Notes: generated by a model from the sequence alone, not told the origin. A stretch of 64,000 bases of DNA from Verrucomicrobiia bacterium (GCA_023953615.1 JAMLJH010000002.1:396592-460591), one strand, 5' to 3'. Positions 45,201 to 54,670 are shown, counted from the stretch's first letter. Program-made: numbers and translations.

Positions 45201-45663
45201 GCGTGGACTCCAATAAGGGGTTTGGATTTGGCGCGTAATTTTCCTGCTGCAACAGCCGCTCCAAATCGAGGAGATAAATGACGCCTTCCGCGTCTTTCAA
45301 GAAACTGTCGGCCAGCGGTTTTCCCACCACCGGGATCTCGGTTTTCACCAAATCCTCGGGTTGGCAGCGCAGCGTTTCCGTGGCGCGCTCGACGATGAGG
45401 CCCAGCCGCCGTTCGGGCGCGGCTGCGGTTTGGTGCTGGATGATGATGATGCGCGTGCTGAAATGTTCGGCGGCCGGTCGCCCGAGGAGCAGCGCGCATA
45501 AATCCACCGCCGCCACCGGTTGGCCGCGATAGACGAACACCCCGGCCAGTCCCGGCGGCGCTTGCGGAATTTTTTTCAATTCCAGCAACGGCACAATCTC
45601 CAGCACGCGCCGGGCTTCCAGGGCGAATCGCTCGTTTCCAAGTTGGAACAACACAAACAACAT
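45187..45663 (-). CDS. cheW: CheW coupling protein (WspB-like)
   Basis: 158-aa single CheW domain that overlaps cheR by 14 nt. Confidence 0.88.
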   Translation of the reverse strand: MLFVLFQLGNERFALEARRVLEIVPLLELKKIPQAPPGLAGVFVYRGQPVAAVDLCALLLGRPAAEHFSTRIIIIQHQTAAAPERRLGLIVERATETLRCQPEDLVKTEIPVVGKPLADSFLKDAEGVIYLLDLERLLQQENYAPNPNPLLESTHVTD

Positions 45664-45667
45664 GGCG

Positions 45668-47275
45668 TCATTTCACCTCGAGCTGGAAGCGCGCCACGCT
45701 GGATTGAAGACTGCGGGCGGCTTCGTTCAACTGTTCGATGGCCAGATTGGACTGGCGCAGCGAGTCGGCGGTTTGATGCGCGGCTTCGCTGAGCTGGGTC
45801 AAAGTTTCGCTGATCTGCTGCGCGCCGGTGGACTGGGCGTGCATGCCTTCGCTCACGGTGGTGAAGCGCGGGGTCAACAATTGCACCTGGCTGATGATTT
45901 GCGCCAGTTGCTTGCTGACCTGGTTGATTTCATCCACGCCTTGCCGGACTTCTTCGGAAAATTTATCCATGCCCATCACGCCCGCCGTCACCGCCGATTG
46001 CATTTCCTTGACCATCTTCTCGATGTCGTAAGTGGCGACCGCCGTTTGGTCGGCCAGGCGGCGGATTTCCATGGCCACGACCGCAAAGCCCAGTCCGTAT
46101 TCGCCGGCTTTTTCCGCTTCGATCGCGGCGTTGAGCGAGAGCAGATTGGTTTGATCCGCCACCTTGGTGATGGTGGTGACGACGGCATTGATGTTCCCCG
46201 CTTTTTCGTTCAACGCCGCCAGCCGGCTCCCGATGGTTGCCGAAGCGGCCATGAGCTGGCGCATGGTGTTTTCCATGCGGGTGATGCCGTTTTGACCGCT
46301 GCCCGCCAGGTTTCCGGTTTCATGCGCCACGTCCACGACTTCCTGCATGGTGAGGTCGAGTTCGCGCGAGGTGGCGGAAATTTGCTTGGAAGTCGCGCCG
46401 ATTTCGGCAGTCGTGGCGGCGATTTCCGTCGTCGTGGTTTGTTGTTCGCGCGAGGTGGCGGCAATCTGCGTCGCGGTAATGTTCACCTGCACGCCGGAGC
46501 GTTGCACTTGTCCGACCAGAATGGAAAGGTCATCCGCCAGCCGGTTCAAACCCTCGCCCAATACGCCAAACTCGTCCTTGCGGTTCAACACCACGCGCTT
46601 GGTGAAGTCGCCGTTGCGCATCCGCTCCATGACGTCCACCAACTGCTTCAGGGGAATGGTGATGGCTGAGGAAAGCACAAAGCGGAACACCAGAAAAACC
46701 AGACCCAGCATGGCCGCCAACCCCAGCACCACGAACAACCCGGTCCGGCTGGCCTGCAGGTCCGCCTCGTGCCGCACTTGCTCGAATGCCATTTTAACTT
46801 TGTCCACCACGTCTTTCCGTTGCTGAATGACGGCGGGATTGGATTTCAGGAAGAAATCGCGCGCCTCCAGCGGGTCCTTTTCCAATCGCTCGATCACTCC
46901 TTTAACGTGTAGTTCGAGCGTCAAGGTTACAAAGCCGTCCAGCGCGTCCAGGGCGTCCTGGACACTTTTATGGGAATGAAGTTGGCGCAATTCCAGCACG
47001 CAACTTCGGAGGTCTTCCATTCCCGCTTTGATATTCGCGTATTCCGCTTCCGCGATTCGGGGTTTGCGGAATTCAAGCACCGTGGCCCGCAGGGCGTCGC
47101 TGATCACGACCAGGTCATAGCCGATGCGGGTTTCCGCCACGTGCAACTGCTCGCTGCTGTGCAGACTGCGTTCGCGGCTGTGCTGGCTGAAAAAGGCCAG
47201 TCCCACGGCGATCAGGATGATCGTGATGAAGATCACGAGCATCGTGTAAAGGCGTTTCCAAATTGACAGATTCAT
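45668..47275 (-). CDS. Methyl-accepting chemotaxis protein (WspA-like)
   Basis: Two TM segments, a periplasmic helical domain, a HAMP domain and the signalling hairpin (LLSLNAAIEAEKAGEYGLGFAVVA). Confidence 0.92.
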   Translation of the reverse strand: MNLSIWKRLYTMLVIFITIILIAVGLAFFSQHSRERSLHSSEQLHVAETRIGYDLVVISDALRATVLEFRKPRIAEAEYANIKAGMEDLRSCVLELRQLHSHKSVQDALDALDGFVTLTLELHVKGVIERLEKDPLEARDFFLKSNPAVIQQRKDVVDKVKMAFEQVRHEADLQASRTGLFVVLGLAAMLGLVFLVFRFVLSSAITIPLKQLVDVMERMRNGDFTKRVVLNRKDEFGVLGEGLNRLADDLSILVGQVQRSGVQVNITATQIAATSREQQTTTTEIAATTAEIGATSKQISATSRELDLTMQEVVDVAHETGNLAGSGQNGITRMENTMRQLMAASATIGSRLAALNEKAGNINAVVTTITKVADQTNLLSLNAAIEAEKAGEYGLGFAVVAMEIRRLADQTAVATYDIEKMVKEMQSAVTAGVMGMDKFSEEVRQGVDEINQVSKQLAQIISQVQLLTPRFTTVSEGMHAQSTGAQQISETLTQLSEAAHQTADSLRQSNLAIEQLNEAARSLQSSVARFQLEVK

Positions 47276-47377
47276 GAGCGCAGATGGCTGGGACGCATAA
47301 TCACGCTCCCAAGCTGGAAAAACAAGAAGGTTTGTTTATCTCCCGCCATCGGGTAAGCTGGCAGAGCCAATAAAACC

Positions 47378-47995
47378 ATGAAGGCATTACCAATAATTCT
47401 GGCTTCTCAATCACCACGCCGCCGGGAATTGCTCCACCTGCTCGACCTGCCGTTTCAAGTCGTGCCCAGCGCGGCCAAAGAAGTTCACGACAAACAACTG
47501 ACCGCCTGGGAAATGGCGCAAGTAAACGCCTACCGCAAAGCGCGCGCGGTCGCCCGACGTTTTCCCGACGCGCTGGTCATCGGCGCGGATACCATGGTTT
47601 ATCTGGATCGGGACACCCGCCTGTTCGGCAAGCCGACCAGCCATCGCGACGCGGCGGACATGCTGAAAGCGCTTTCCGGTCGCGTCCATGCCGTCATCAC
47701 TGGCGTGTGCCTGCTGCACCTGCGCGAGCGGCACCGTCGGGTGTTCACCGATTGGACGGACGTGCAATTTCATCCGTTGACCGCTGCGCAGATTCGCGCT
47801 TATCTGCGGTTGATTGATCCGTTGGACAAGGCCGGCGCTTATGCGATTCAGGAGCATGGCGACCGCATTATTGCGGCGCTCTTTGGCTCCTACAGCAATG
47901 TGGTGGGGCTGCCCTTGGAACGCTTGCGCGAGGAACTCAAGGCGTTCGGATTTTTTCAGCGGCGGATCAAGCCCTTGAAGCGGCGGAGCAAATAG
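47378..47995 (+). CDS. maf: Maf-like nucleoside triphosphate pyrophosphatase
   Basis: LASQSPRRRELL, GADT and GAYAIQ motifs. Confidence 0.9.
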   Translation: MKALPIILASQSPRRRELLHLLDLPFQVVPSAAKEVHDKQLTAWEMAQVNAYRKARAVARRFPDALVIGADTMVYLDRDTRLFGKPTSHRDAADMLKALSGRVHAVITGVCLLHLRERHRRVFTDWTDVQFHPLTAAQIRAYLRLIDPLDKAGAYAIQEHGDRIIAALFGSYSNVVGLPLERLREELKAFGFFQRRIKPLKRRSK

Positions 47996-48010
47996 TTGGT
48001 CTGCGCGGAG

Positions 48011-48175
48011 TTTCCGCCTAAAGGCGGGACTACGAACAACACGATACGAGCGACTCAATACGAACGATTCAAAGCGGCGGGGTAGATGAGTTGTCGTCTT
48101 TGACTTGTGGAACTCCGCCTGAAGGCGGAACTACAAGCGACGTGATACGAACGACTCAATACAAACGTTTTGGAG
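48011..48175. repeat. Two copies of a ~60-nt hairpin-containing intergenic repeat
   Basis: 48011-48073 and 48111-48175 share ccgcct[a/g]aaggcgg[g/a]actac[g/a]a...gatacga[g/a]cgactcaatac[g/a]aacg. They lie between convergent genes. Confidence 0.75.
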
Positions 48176-48186
48176 TGGTGGTGAGT

Positions 48187-49011
48187 TCAGGAGCGACCGG
48201 TTAGCGCGACCGCGCTGTGCTCGATCCAGCCGAGGTGATGGGCTTCATCGGTCACTTGCAGCCAGGCGTCTTTTTGATCCAACACCCGCAGTTCCGCGCC
48301 ATCTTGCGCCGTGAACGCCGTGGCGGATTCTTCAAACGGACTGGTGCGCACGGCGGCCTGATGGCGAATCACAATGGCGATGCTTCCCGGCGCCTGGGTT
48401 GCCGCCGCCAGTTTGGCTCCGATCAACAAGGCAAGGGAAGCGACGACCCCCATCGCAATCCAGCCGCGCAACGCCGTGCGCCAGTGCGGGCGGAGCACCC
48501 GCGCGATGAGCAGCGCCAACGTGATCCAGATCGCCGCCGTCGCCAGTCCCAGCCATTCCGAGTTGGATAATGCGCCGAGTTTTTGTTGCCAGCTTGATGG
48601 AATGAAACGCGGGCCGTGAACCTGGTTGCGCGCAAATTTCAAGTTCGCGCGCACATCCGGGTCGCGCGGCGTCAGCGCTTCCGCCTGGCGGTACGCCGCG
48701 ATCGCTTGACCGAGGTGACCCGCCTTGAAACGCGCGTTGCCGAGATTGAAATAAAGCGCGGCGGAGGTGGTCCCGTTTGTGAGGATTTGCTCGTAAGCGT
48801 CCGCTGCCTCGGCAAATTTGCTTTGCGCGTAAAATTGATTGGCCGCGTCAAATTGCGTGGCCGGATCCGCTGCTCGGCTGAAGGGCGTGAAGCTGAACAG
48901 AAATAGCAGCGCGAAACCGGCGGTTGCCCCAAAGCGAAGAATGTGGGGGTACGAAACATCTGTCCGCTTGAGCGGCGTCCAACCCATGCTGGTTTGACTC
49001 GGGTTACTCAT
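48187..49011 (-). CDS. TPR plus SH3b domain membrane protein (BatE-like)
   Basis: TPR repeats (FYAQSKFAEAADAYEQIL..., YFNLGNARFKAG...), TM segments and a C-terminal SH3b-like domain. Its start overlaps the batD-like stop. Confidence 0.6.
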   Translation of the reverse strand: MSNPSQTSMGWTPLKRTDVSYPHILRFGATAGFALLFLFSFTPFSRAADPATQFDAANQFYAQSKFAEAADAYEQILTNGTTSAALYFNLGNARFKAGHLGQAIAAYRQAEALTPRDPDVRANLKFARNQVHGPRFIPSSWQQKLGALSNSEWLGLATAAIWITLALLIARVLRPHWRTALRGWIAMGVVASLALLIGAKLAAATQAPGSIAIVIRHQAAVRTSPFEESATAFTAQDGAELRVLDQKDAWLQVTDEAHHLGWIEHSAVALTGRS

Positions 49012-50825
49012 GATTTCACCTCGTCCAATTCGCGCAGCACGGATTCCAGTTTGGGAATGAAAGCCGCCAGTTCCTGACTCGAACGGATCGGCGCGTAGCG
49101 CGCCAGATTGGTGGCCTGGAAAAGTTCCTGCGTCGCGGCCAGCGTGGTTTCCGTCACGCCGCGCGGACGGAGTTTCTCGTCAACAACCGCTTCCGTGATG
49201 GCTGAGGCCGGCAGATCGAGGCGCTCGCCGAGCTTCTCTTGCAACAGACGCATGAGTTCCGCGAAGAATGCCTCCGATTGGTTTTGCTCCGCCAGGACGC
49301 GCAATTTCTCCTGACCGTCCCGCAACGTGGCTTCCACCTGCCGGCGCCGACGCAGACGCGGGTTGTTCGTCAGCGCCTCAGTGCGTCTGCGCCACCACAT
49401 CGCGCCAATCAACGCCAGCGCTGGCGCGAGATTCAAAGTGACGAAAGTCGGACTGAAACCCACGGAGGCCGGGCCGGACGATGTTTTTCCGAGTCGCGTT
49501 TTGATGGGCACGATGTCGAGTTGCGGCGGTGGCGTGTGATTCGCAGTCGGGTGATTGGCCACGACGGTTGGCGCGACCACCGTTCCGCCGGGACGAACGA
49601 TGAGCGGCGTTCCGGGTTGGCTCAGAGTTTGGTACGTTTTCGTCTCGGGATTGAAGAAGGCAAAGGTGAATGGTGGCAATTCCTTCAGGTCGGGGTTTTC
49701 CGGCGACACGATTTGCTCGAAGGTTTTTGTGCCCTGCAGACCCAGTTGATCGGAGGTTTCGATCCGCGACGTGGGCGGGTACGTTTTGAAATCTTTCCAA
49801 GTGGTCTGCTCGGGCAGCGTAAGCGCATCCAACCCGCCATGACCGCTGATCGCCACCCGCACGGTAATCGGATCGCCCGTGGTGACATTGGTCGGGCCGG
49901 CGCTGACCGTCATGGAGAAATTTCCCACCGCCCCGGTGAAATTGGCCGGACGACCTTCCGCCGGCAACGGCTGGCATTGTAATGATTGCGCGTCGCTGGC
50001 GAGGGAAAGTTGCCGCCGTTCTTTGCTGAACATGCCGAACGGATCAAAGAGATCGCGCCGCCGGTTGTTTGACGGCAGTTCAATTACCATCGCGGCGGTG
50101 ATGGGACCGACCGTGAGCGGCCCGGTTTTGATGGGTGTCAAACTCACCGCAATCGGCACCACGGTGTAGGCCGCGTTGCCGACTTGCATCCGCCGCCGCG
50201 GCAGTTCCGCCATTTTGCCGACGGTCAGGCCTTCCGCCGGCGTGGCGGTAAATTGAAATTGCCCCGCGTTCACGCCATCGCGCAGGTAGAGCTGAAACTC
50301 GCCGGTGATGATTTCGCCGAGGTAAACATTGGTCTTGGGCAGTTGCAATTGCAGAAAGGCGGGTTGCGATCCGTGGGCCACCGCCTCGGGCGAAGGTGTT
50401 CCGGCCTTGAGTACGGTGAGGTGGATGGGTTGGGTGATTAGCGTCTGTTGGCCCAGCGTCACCTTGACCGGCGGAATGACAAACTCGCCCACGCGCAACG
50501 GGGTGATGGTGTAATTGTGTGTGATCTTGGCCGTAGTCTGGCCGTTGACAAAACTGAACTGGCTCGAAGGGCCGTTGTAGGCGAACTGAAGTCCGGATAC
50601 GGCGGGCGCCGGCGGCGTGCCTTCGGGTTGCGCTCCGTCAAAGGTCAGTGAGAAACCCACGCGTTCGCCGAGATAAACCGTGTCCCGATCCACACTGGCC
50701 GTAAAGGTGACGGCGGTGGCAACCATCATCGAGAGCCACCAACCCAATCCACCCGCCAGCCCGCGCGACACTGCGGTGCCGCGCTGCCGCCGGATGATTT
50801 TATTCTGCCGCGAAAACCTTTCCAT
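49008..50825 (-). CDS. BatD-like (oxygen-tolerance family) protein
   Basis: 605 aa with a signal/TM segment, repeated beta-rich modules, one late TM segment and a helical tail, matching the layout of BatD proteins. Confidence 0.55.
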   Translation of the reverse strand: MERFSRQNKIIRRQRGTAVSRGLAGGLGWWLSMMVATAVTFTASVDRDTVYLGERVGFSLTFDGAQPEGTPPAPAVSGLQFAYNGPSSQFSFVNGQTTAKITHNYTITPLRVGEFVIPPVKVTLGQQTLITQPIHLTVLKAGTPSPEAVAHGSQPAFLQLQLPKTNVYLGEIITGEFQLYLRDGVNAGQFQFTATPAEGLTVGKMAELPRRRMQVGNAAYTVVPIAVSLTPIKTGPLTVGPITAAMVIELPSNNRRRDLFDPFGMFSKERRQLSLASDAQSLQCQPLPAEGRPANFTGAVGNFSMTVSAGPTNVTTGDPITVRVAISGHGGLDALTLPEQTTWKDFKTYPPTSRIETSDQLGLQGTKTFEQIVSPENPDLKELPPFTFAFFNPETKTYQTLSQPGTPLIVRPGGTVVAPTVVANHPTANHTPPPQLDIVPIKTRLGKTSSGPASVGFSPTFVTLNLAPALALIGAMWWRRRTEALTNNPRLRRRRQVEATLRDGQEKLRVLAEQNQSEAFFAELMRLLQEKLGERLDLPASAITEAVVDEKLRPRGVTETTLAATQELFQATNLARYAPIRSSQELAAFIPKLESVLRELDEVKS

Positions 50826-51028
50826 TTGGGACGATCAGTCTTGTCAGATGCCGTTGGCGACGCAAGGTTCCGTTCACCGCCGCTCCACCCAACGAAGGAA
50901 TGGACAATCTTCCGCCGCTTTTGTTCGGAAGAAATGGCCGGGGGCAGCGGGCCAAAACCGGACGTTGCCGACGCGGGTTGCGGTTATTCTTGGCAAGGAT
51001 TTGAGCGAACGGCAAGCTGACTTCCGGC

Positions 51029-51580
51029 ATGGCGTCAGACCTGACTCAATTTCAAGCCTTACTCGCAACCGCGGCCCCGGCACAACTTGGTCCGCAACCT
51101 CGGCCGGGCACTTTGCCCCGGGCCGAACTGGAAGCGCGCCTGACCGCGTTGCTGACGCCAGCGCCGCCGTCCGCCTCGCGCCGGCAACTGGTTCGCGCGC
51201 TGGTCCTGCTTTGGCACGACCATTTGGATGCCGCGCACACGCTGGTGCAGAGTCTTCCCGATCCGGAAGCCAGTTTCATCCACGCCATCATGCACCGGCG
51301 CGAACCTGATTATTGGAACTCCAAATACTGGTGGCGGCGGGTGGGAGCGCATCCGGTCTTTTCCGAGCTGGCGCTACGCGCGCAAGAACTCTTCGCCGCG
51401 CAACCCGGGGTCGCCGCGCTGAAAATTTCGCCGCCGTTGATCCGCAACGGGCGCTGGGTTCCGGATGCGTTCGTGGATTTGTGTGAGCGCGCCGTGAACG
51501 AAAACCTGCCGCTGGATGGTTTGCGTGAACTGCAACGGCTTGAGTTCGCGACCTTGCTGGAGTTTCTGTTGCGGTCATGA
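51029..51580 (+). CDS. Hypothetical protein
   Basis: 183-aa ORF overlapping the downstream transporter gene by 4 nt. No family recognised. Confidence 0.45.
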   Translation: MASDLTQFQALLATAAPAQLGPQPRPGTLPRAELEARLTALLTPAPPSASRRQLVRALVLLWHDHLDAAHTLVQSLPDPEASFIHAIMHRREPDYWNSKYWWRRVGAHPVFSELALRAQELFAAQPGVAALKISPPLIRNGRWVPDAFVDLCERAVNENLPLDGLRELQRLEFATLLEFLLRS

Positions 51581-52521
51581 ATCCGACCGGCACCATCCTC
51601 AATGCCATCATTCCGGTGTTTGGCGTGATGGCGCTGGGCATGGTCATTCGCCGGCGCAACTGGTTGACCGAAGCGGCGGACCGCAGCCTGATGCAAATTT
51701 GTGTCAACGTGCTCCTGCCCTGTCTGATCCTCGATAAATCCTTCGGTAATCCGGCCCTGTCGGAAGCGAGCAATCTCCTCCTGGCGCCCCTGCTGGGTTA
51801 TTTGCTGGTGGCGTTTGGTGTCTGGCTGGCGTGGCTGCTGCGACCGCACCGCGCCTTGGCAACCGCTGCGGCCAGTCGCACCTTTGCGGTCACGGTCGGC
51901 ACGCATAATTACAGCTACGTGCCGTTGCCCCTGGCGCTCCTGTTGTTTGATGGCAAAACCGTCGGCGTTCTGTTCCTGCACATCATCGGCGCGGAACTGG
52001 CCATGTGGTCGGTGGGCGTGATGGTGCTTTCCGGCGGCGCGTTGCGGGACTGGCGCAAATTGCTGAACGCGCCGCTCTTCGCCATTCTCATCGCCATCGT
52101 CAGCAACGCCGTCGGTGCGGACCGGCACGTTCCCGCCGTCCTCAGTACCGGCATCCATTGGCTGGGCGGCTGCGCCATTCCGCTGGCGCTGCTCTTGATC
52201 GGCGCGATCATGGCCGACCGCCTGCCGGAATTTGTTTCCCGCCAGGGCGGCCGCGTCATCGGCGCGGGCGCGTGGTTGCGTCTCGGTTTGCTGCCGCTGA
52301 GTTTTCTGCTCGCGGCAAAATTGATTCCCCTGACGGTGGAGCATCAGCGGGTGTTGGTGTTGGAAGCGGCGATGCCGTGCGCCGTGTTTCCGATGGTGCT
52401 TTCAAAACTGTATCCCGGCGAACCACTCGTCGCCATCCGTACCGTTCTCAGCACCGCCGTGATTTCCCTGATTACCACGCCCCTTTGGATTCGCCTGGGA
52501 CTGAAATGGCTGGCGCTTTAA
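51577..52521 (+). CDS. AEC (auxin efflux carrier) family transporter
   Basis: About 10 TM segments, and the N-terminus ILNAIIPVFGVMALGMVIRR is typical of the family. Confidence 0.7.
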   Translation: MNPTGTILNAIIPVFGVMALGMVIRRRNWLTEAADRSLMQICVNVLLPCLILDKSFGNPALSEASNLLLAPLLGYLLVAFGVWLAWLLRPHRALATAAASRTFAVTVGTHNYSYVPLPLALLLFDGKTVGVLFLHIIGAELAMWSVGVMVLSGGALRDWRKLLNAPLFAILIAIVSNAVGADRHVPAVLSTGIHWLGGCAIPLALLLIGAIMADRLPEFVSRQGGRVIGAGAWLRLGLLPLSFLLAAKLIPLTVEHQRVLVLEAAMPCAVFPMVLSKLYPGEPLVAIRTVLSTAVISLITTPLWIRLGLKWLAL

Positions 52522-52689
52522 TTGCGCCTGAACCTTCAGCGCCGACGGACCGGACCGTGGTCGGGTAAAGCCCTTTGATGCAACGCATCCAACCGGCCGA
52601 ATTTGAGTTGAGCCGCCGGCAGCGTTGCTTCACTGAGAAGCGTTCTTGACGCAATCCACCAGCAGGCGTAAAACAAGACACAACAATCA

Positions 52690-52857
52690 ATGAGCACCAC
52701 CGCGAAATACGCCAAGGACATGGCTAAGGAATCGTTGAACGCTTTGGGTTCGACAATGGACGCCCAAGCCAAAATGAACGACTACCTGAATTCGGGTGAT
52801 GACTTGAGCGACGATGAAATCGAGAACTATATGCGCTACAGAGTTGGCAGGAAATGA
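52690..52857 (+). CDS. Small acidic hypothetical protein (55 aa; below the ORF-track cutoff)
   Basis: ATG at 52690 to TGA at 52857, read by hand (MSTTAKYAKDMAKESLNALG...). A TTGACG-N17-TAAAAC promoter-like motif lies at 52646-52674. Confidence 0.3.
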   Translation: MSTTAKYAKDMAKESLNALGSTMDAQAKMNDYLNSGDDLSDDEIENYMRYRVGRK

Positions 52858-52881
52858 TCCGACGCTCGCAGCCGAAGAAGA

Positions 52882-53259
52882 ATGAAGCCCGATGAAGTTG
52901 AGAGACTGATTTGCGCGGCGCGAAAGCCGGACGCGAGCTTTTACGAGCGACTGGCCGTCGAGATGCAAGCGCTCAACGCCTCTAAGAAAGCCAAGAAGCT
53001 TGAATCTTGGGATGCTGACCTGATTGGCAACCTTGAGACGACTGTTAAGGAACTGACTCGGGTTGTGGAAGCAGACTGGCAAGAGAACATGACGGAGAAG
53101 CTGCCTTGCGAGTTCGAATATCAAATGATCCGCGCCGCAGATCCGGTGGATCACCTGAAGGTGTTGACCCGCCTTTACAAGGACGGTGATCCTCAAAGCA
53201 TCTTTTACGGCCGCTCTATTGCGAAGCTGGAAGACAACAAGTTTGTGCTGTGGGCGTAG
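52882..53259 (+). CDS. Hypothetical protein
   Basis: 125-aa ORF in the AT-rich islet. No family recognised. Confidence 0.4.
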   Translation: MKPDEVERLICAARKPDASFYERLAVEMQALNASKKAKKLESWDADLIGNLETTVKELTRVVEADWQENMTEKLPCEFEYQMIRAADPVDHLKVLTRLYKDGDPQSIFYGRSIAKLEDNKFVLWA

Positions 53260-53331
53260 TGAGCCTCACTGCAACGGCGACTGACGGTTTTGGTGATGCT
53301 GTACACTAGACACAAGTCATACCTAAGCCCG

Positions 53332-53727
53332 ATGAGGATATTCCTAGCGACTCTACTGGTCGTCTGCATGAATGGCTGTTCGACACCGACTCACCGGGGC
53401 GACTCTGCCACGCAGCCAGAACCTGTCCTGATCATTTACCACGTTAAGCCGGGTGCAGAAAAAGCACTTGAGGACGTGCTTAAGCGTGCTTGGAAAATCT
53501 ACCGTAGAGAACGGTTGGTTATTGACCAACCACACGTCTGCGTGCGGGTTAACGGGGGTGCGGAGAAAGTTCGTTTTGTGGAAACGTTCTCTTGGGTCAG
53601 TCACTTCGCCACTGAACACCCCCCGGACTCCGTAAGAGAGATTTTGGAACAGATCCAGTCCTTGTGCGAAGATCGCGGAGGCAACAAGGGTGTTGAAGTG
53701 CGAAGGGCTGAAATCCTGATGCCCTGA
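53332..53727 (+). CDS. Small lipoprotein, possibly a dimeric alpha/beta-barrel (ABM-like) fold
   Basis: Signal peptide with lipobox (LLVVCMNGC), then an ~100-aa domain (LIIYHVKPGAEKALEDVLKRAW...). The ORF opens at 53290. Confidence 0.45.
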   Translation: MRIFLATLLVVCMNGCSTPTHRGDSATQPEPVLIIYHVKPGAEKALEDVLKRAWKIYRRERLVIDQPHVCVRVNGGAEKVRFVETFSWVSHFATEHPPDSVREILEQIQSLCEDRGGNKGVEVRRAEILMP

Positions 53728-53780
53728 ACCGGCTGTCCCGCCCAAGTGGGAAGAGGAAAATCTAGCTCAGGACGGCTTAA

Positions 53781-54603
53781 TACCCGTCGCTACAAACTTC
53801 AATGAAACGCGGTCATGGGTTGGGGAGCGCACCCGTCTCGCGTCGAACACCGGATGAAGCGGATTAGCCCAAGCTGGTGCGAACACCGGATGATTTGGAT
53901 TGATCCAATCTGGTGCGGTTTCTGTCGGGCGAGACGCCCGCCAGCACACGCGAGACGCGTATGCTCCCCAGTTGCCGTTGCACGATCGCGACCGCGAAAT
54001 ACGCCAACCACGCGAAAACTGGGACGGGAACAATGGCTTTCCCGGTTGCCATTTCCTTTCGCGTGGTTCGCGGTTCATCCGGTGGTTGTCAGTCGTGGAG
54101 TCGGAGTGGCTAGGGTGACGACTCTGGCGACGACAATAGATTCGCACCTTCTGACCACAAGCTGAACTCTCGTGGTGACCAAATGCTACCCGTTGCTACG
54201 AACTTTAAGAAAACGAGGTCATGGGTTGGGGAGCGCACCCGTCTCGGGTGCAGGTTCGACGCGTCCCGCGTCGAACACCAGATGAAGCGGATTAGCTGCA
54301 AGCTGGTGTGATTCGATTGGAGTTTGGGTGGAACGGGCCACTGGCCCGTTCTGTCGGGCTACCAGCCCGGCAGTCGAACGCAAAGAGTGCGAACTCAATG
54401 GGGTGCGATCTCCGTGTACTCGGCTGGGCGGCAGGTTGCCACCCAGAACGGCCAAGTTGGCCGTTCCACCAGGACCAACTGCATCGTTCCGGCTAAGTCG
54501 GTGTGGTTTCTGTCGGGCGAGTCGCCCGCCAGCACACGCGAGGACGCGTATGCTCCCCAGTTGCCGTTGCACGAGCACCCCCGCCAAATACGCCAGCCAC
54601 ATG
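53781..54603. repeat. Non-coding region built from two ~100-nt modules, each present twice, plus short GC hairpins
   Basis: Module X is at 53781-53879 and 54187-54308, with a 21-nt indel. Module Y is at 53912-54012 and 54499-54603. The hairpin cores are gggcgagacgccc, gggcgagtcgccc, gggccactggccc, gggctaccagccc and ggccaagttggcc. Confidence 0.8.
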
Positions 54604-54670
54604 AAATCTCGGGCAGGAACGGCTTTGAGGTCAGACTGTCCGATTGACGGCAGGAGGCTGCTTGGTCAGG

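Noticed and set aside
49008-50825. A complete Bat (aerotolerance) operon.
   Set aside because: Only BatD-like and TPR/SH3 (BatE-like) genes are present. No vWA-domain BatA/B or MoxR ATPase genes lie upstream in this window, so no operon-level claim is made.
54240-54262. GGTTCGA-containing segment, considered as a possible tRNA T-arm.
   Set aside because: It is a 21-nt indel within repeat module X. No acceptor, D or anticodon arms can be drawn around it.
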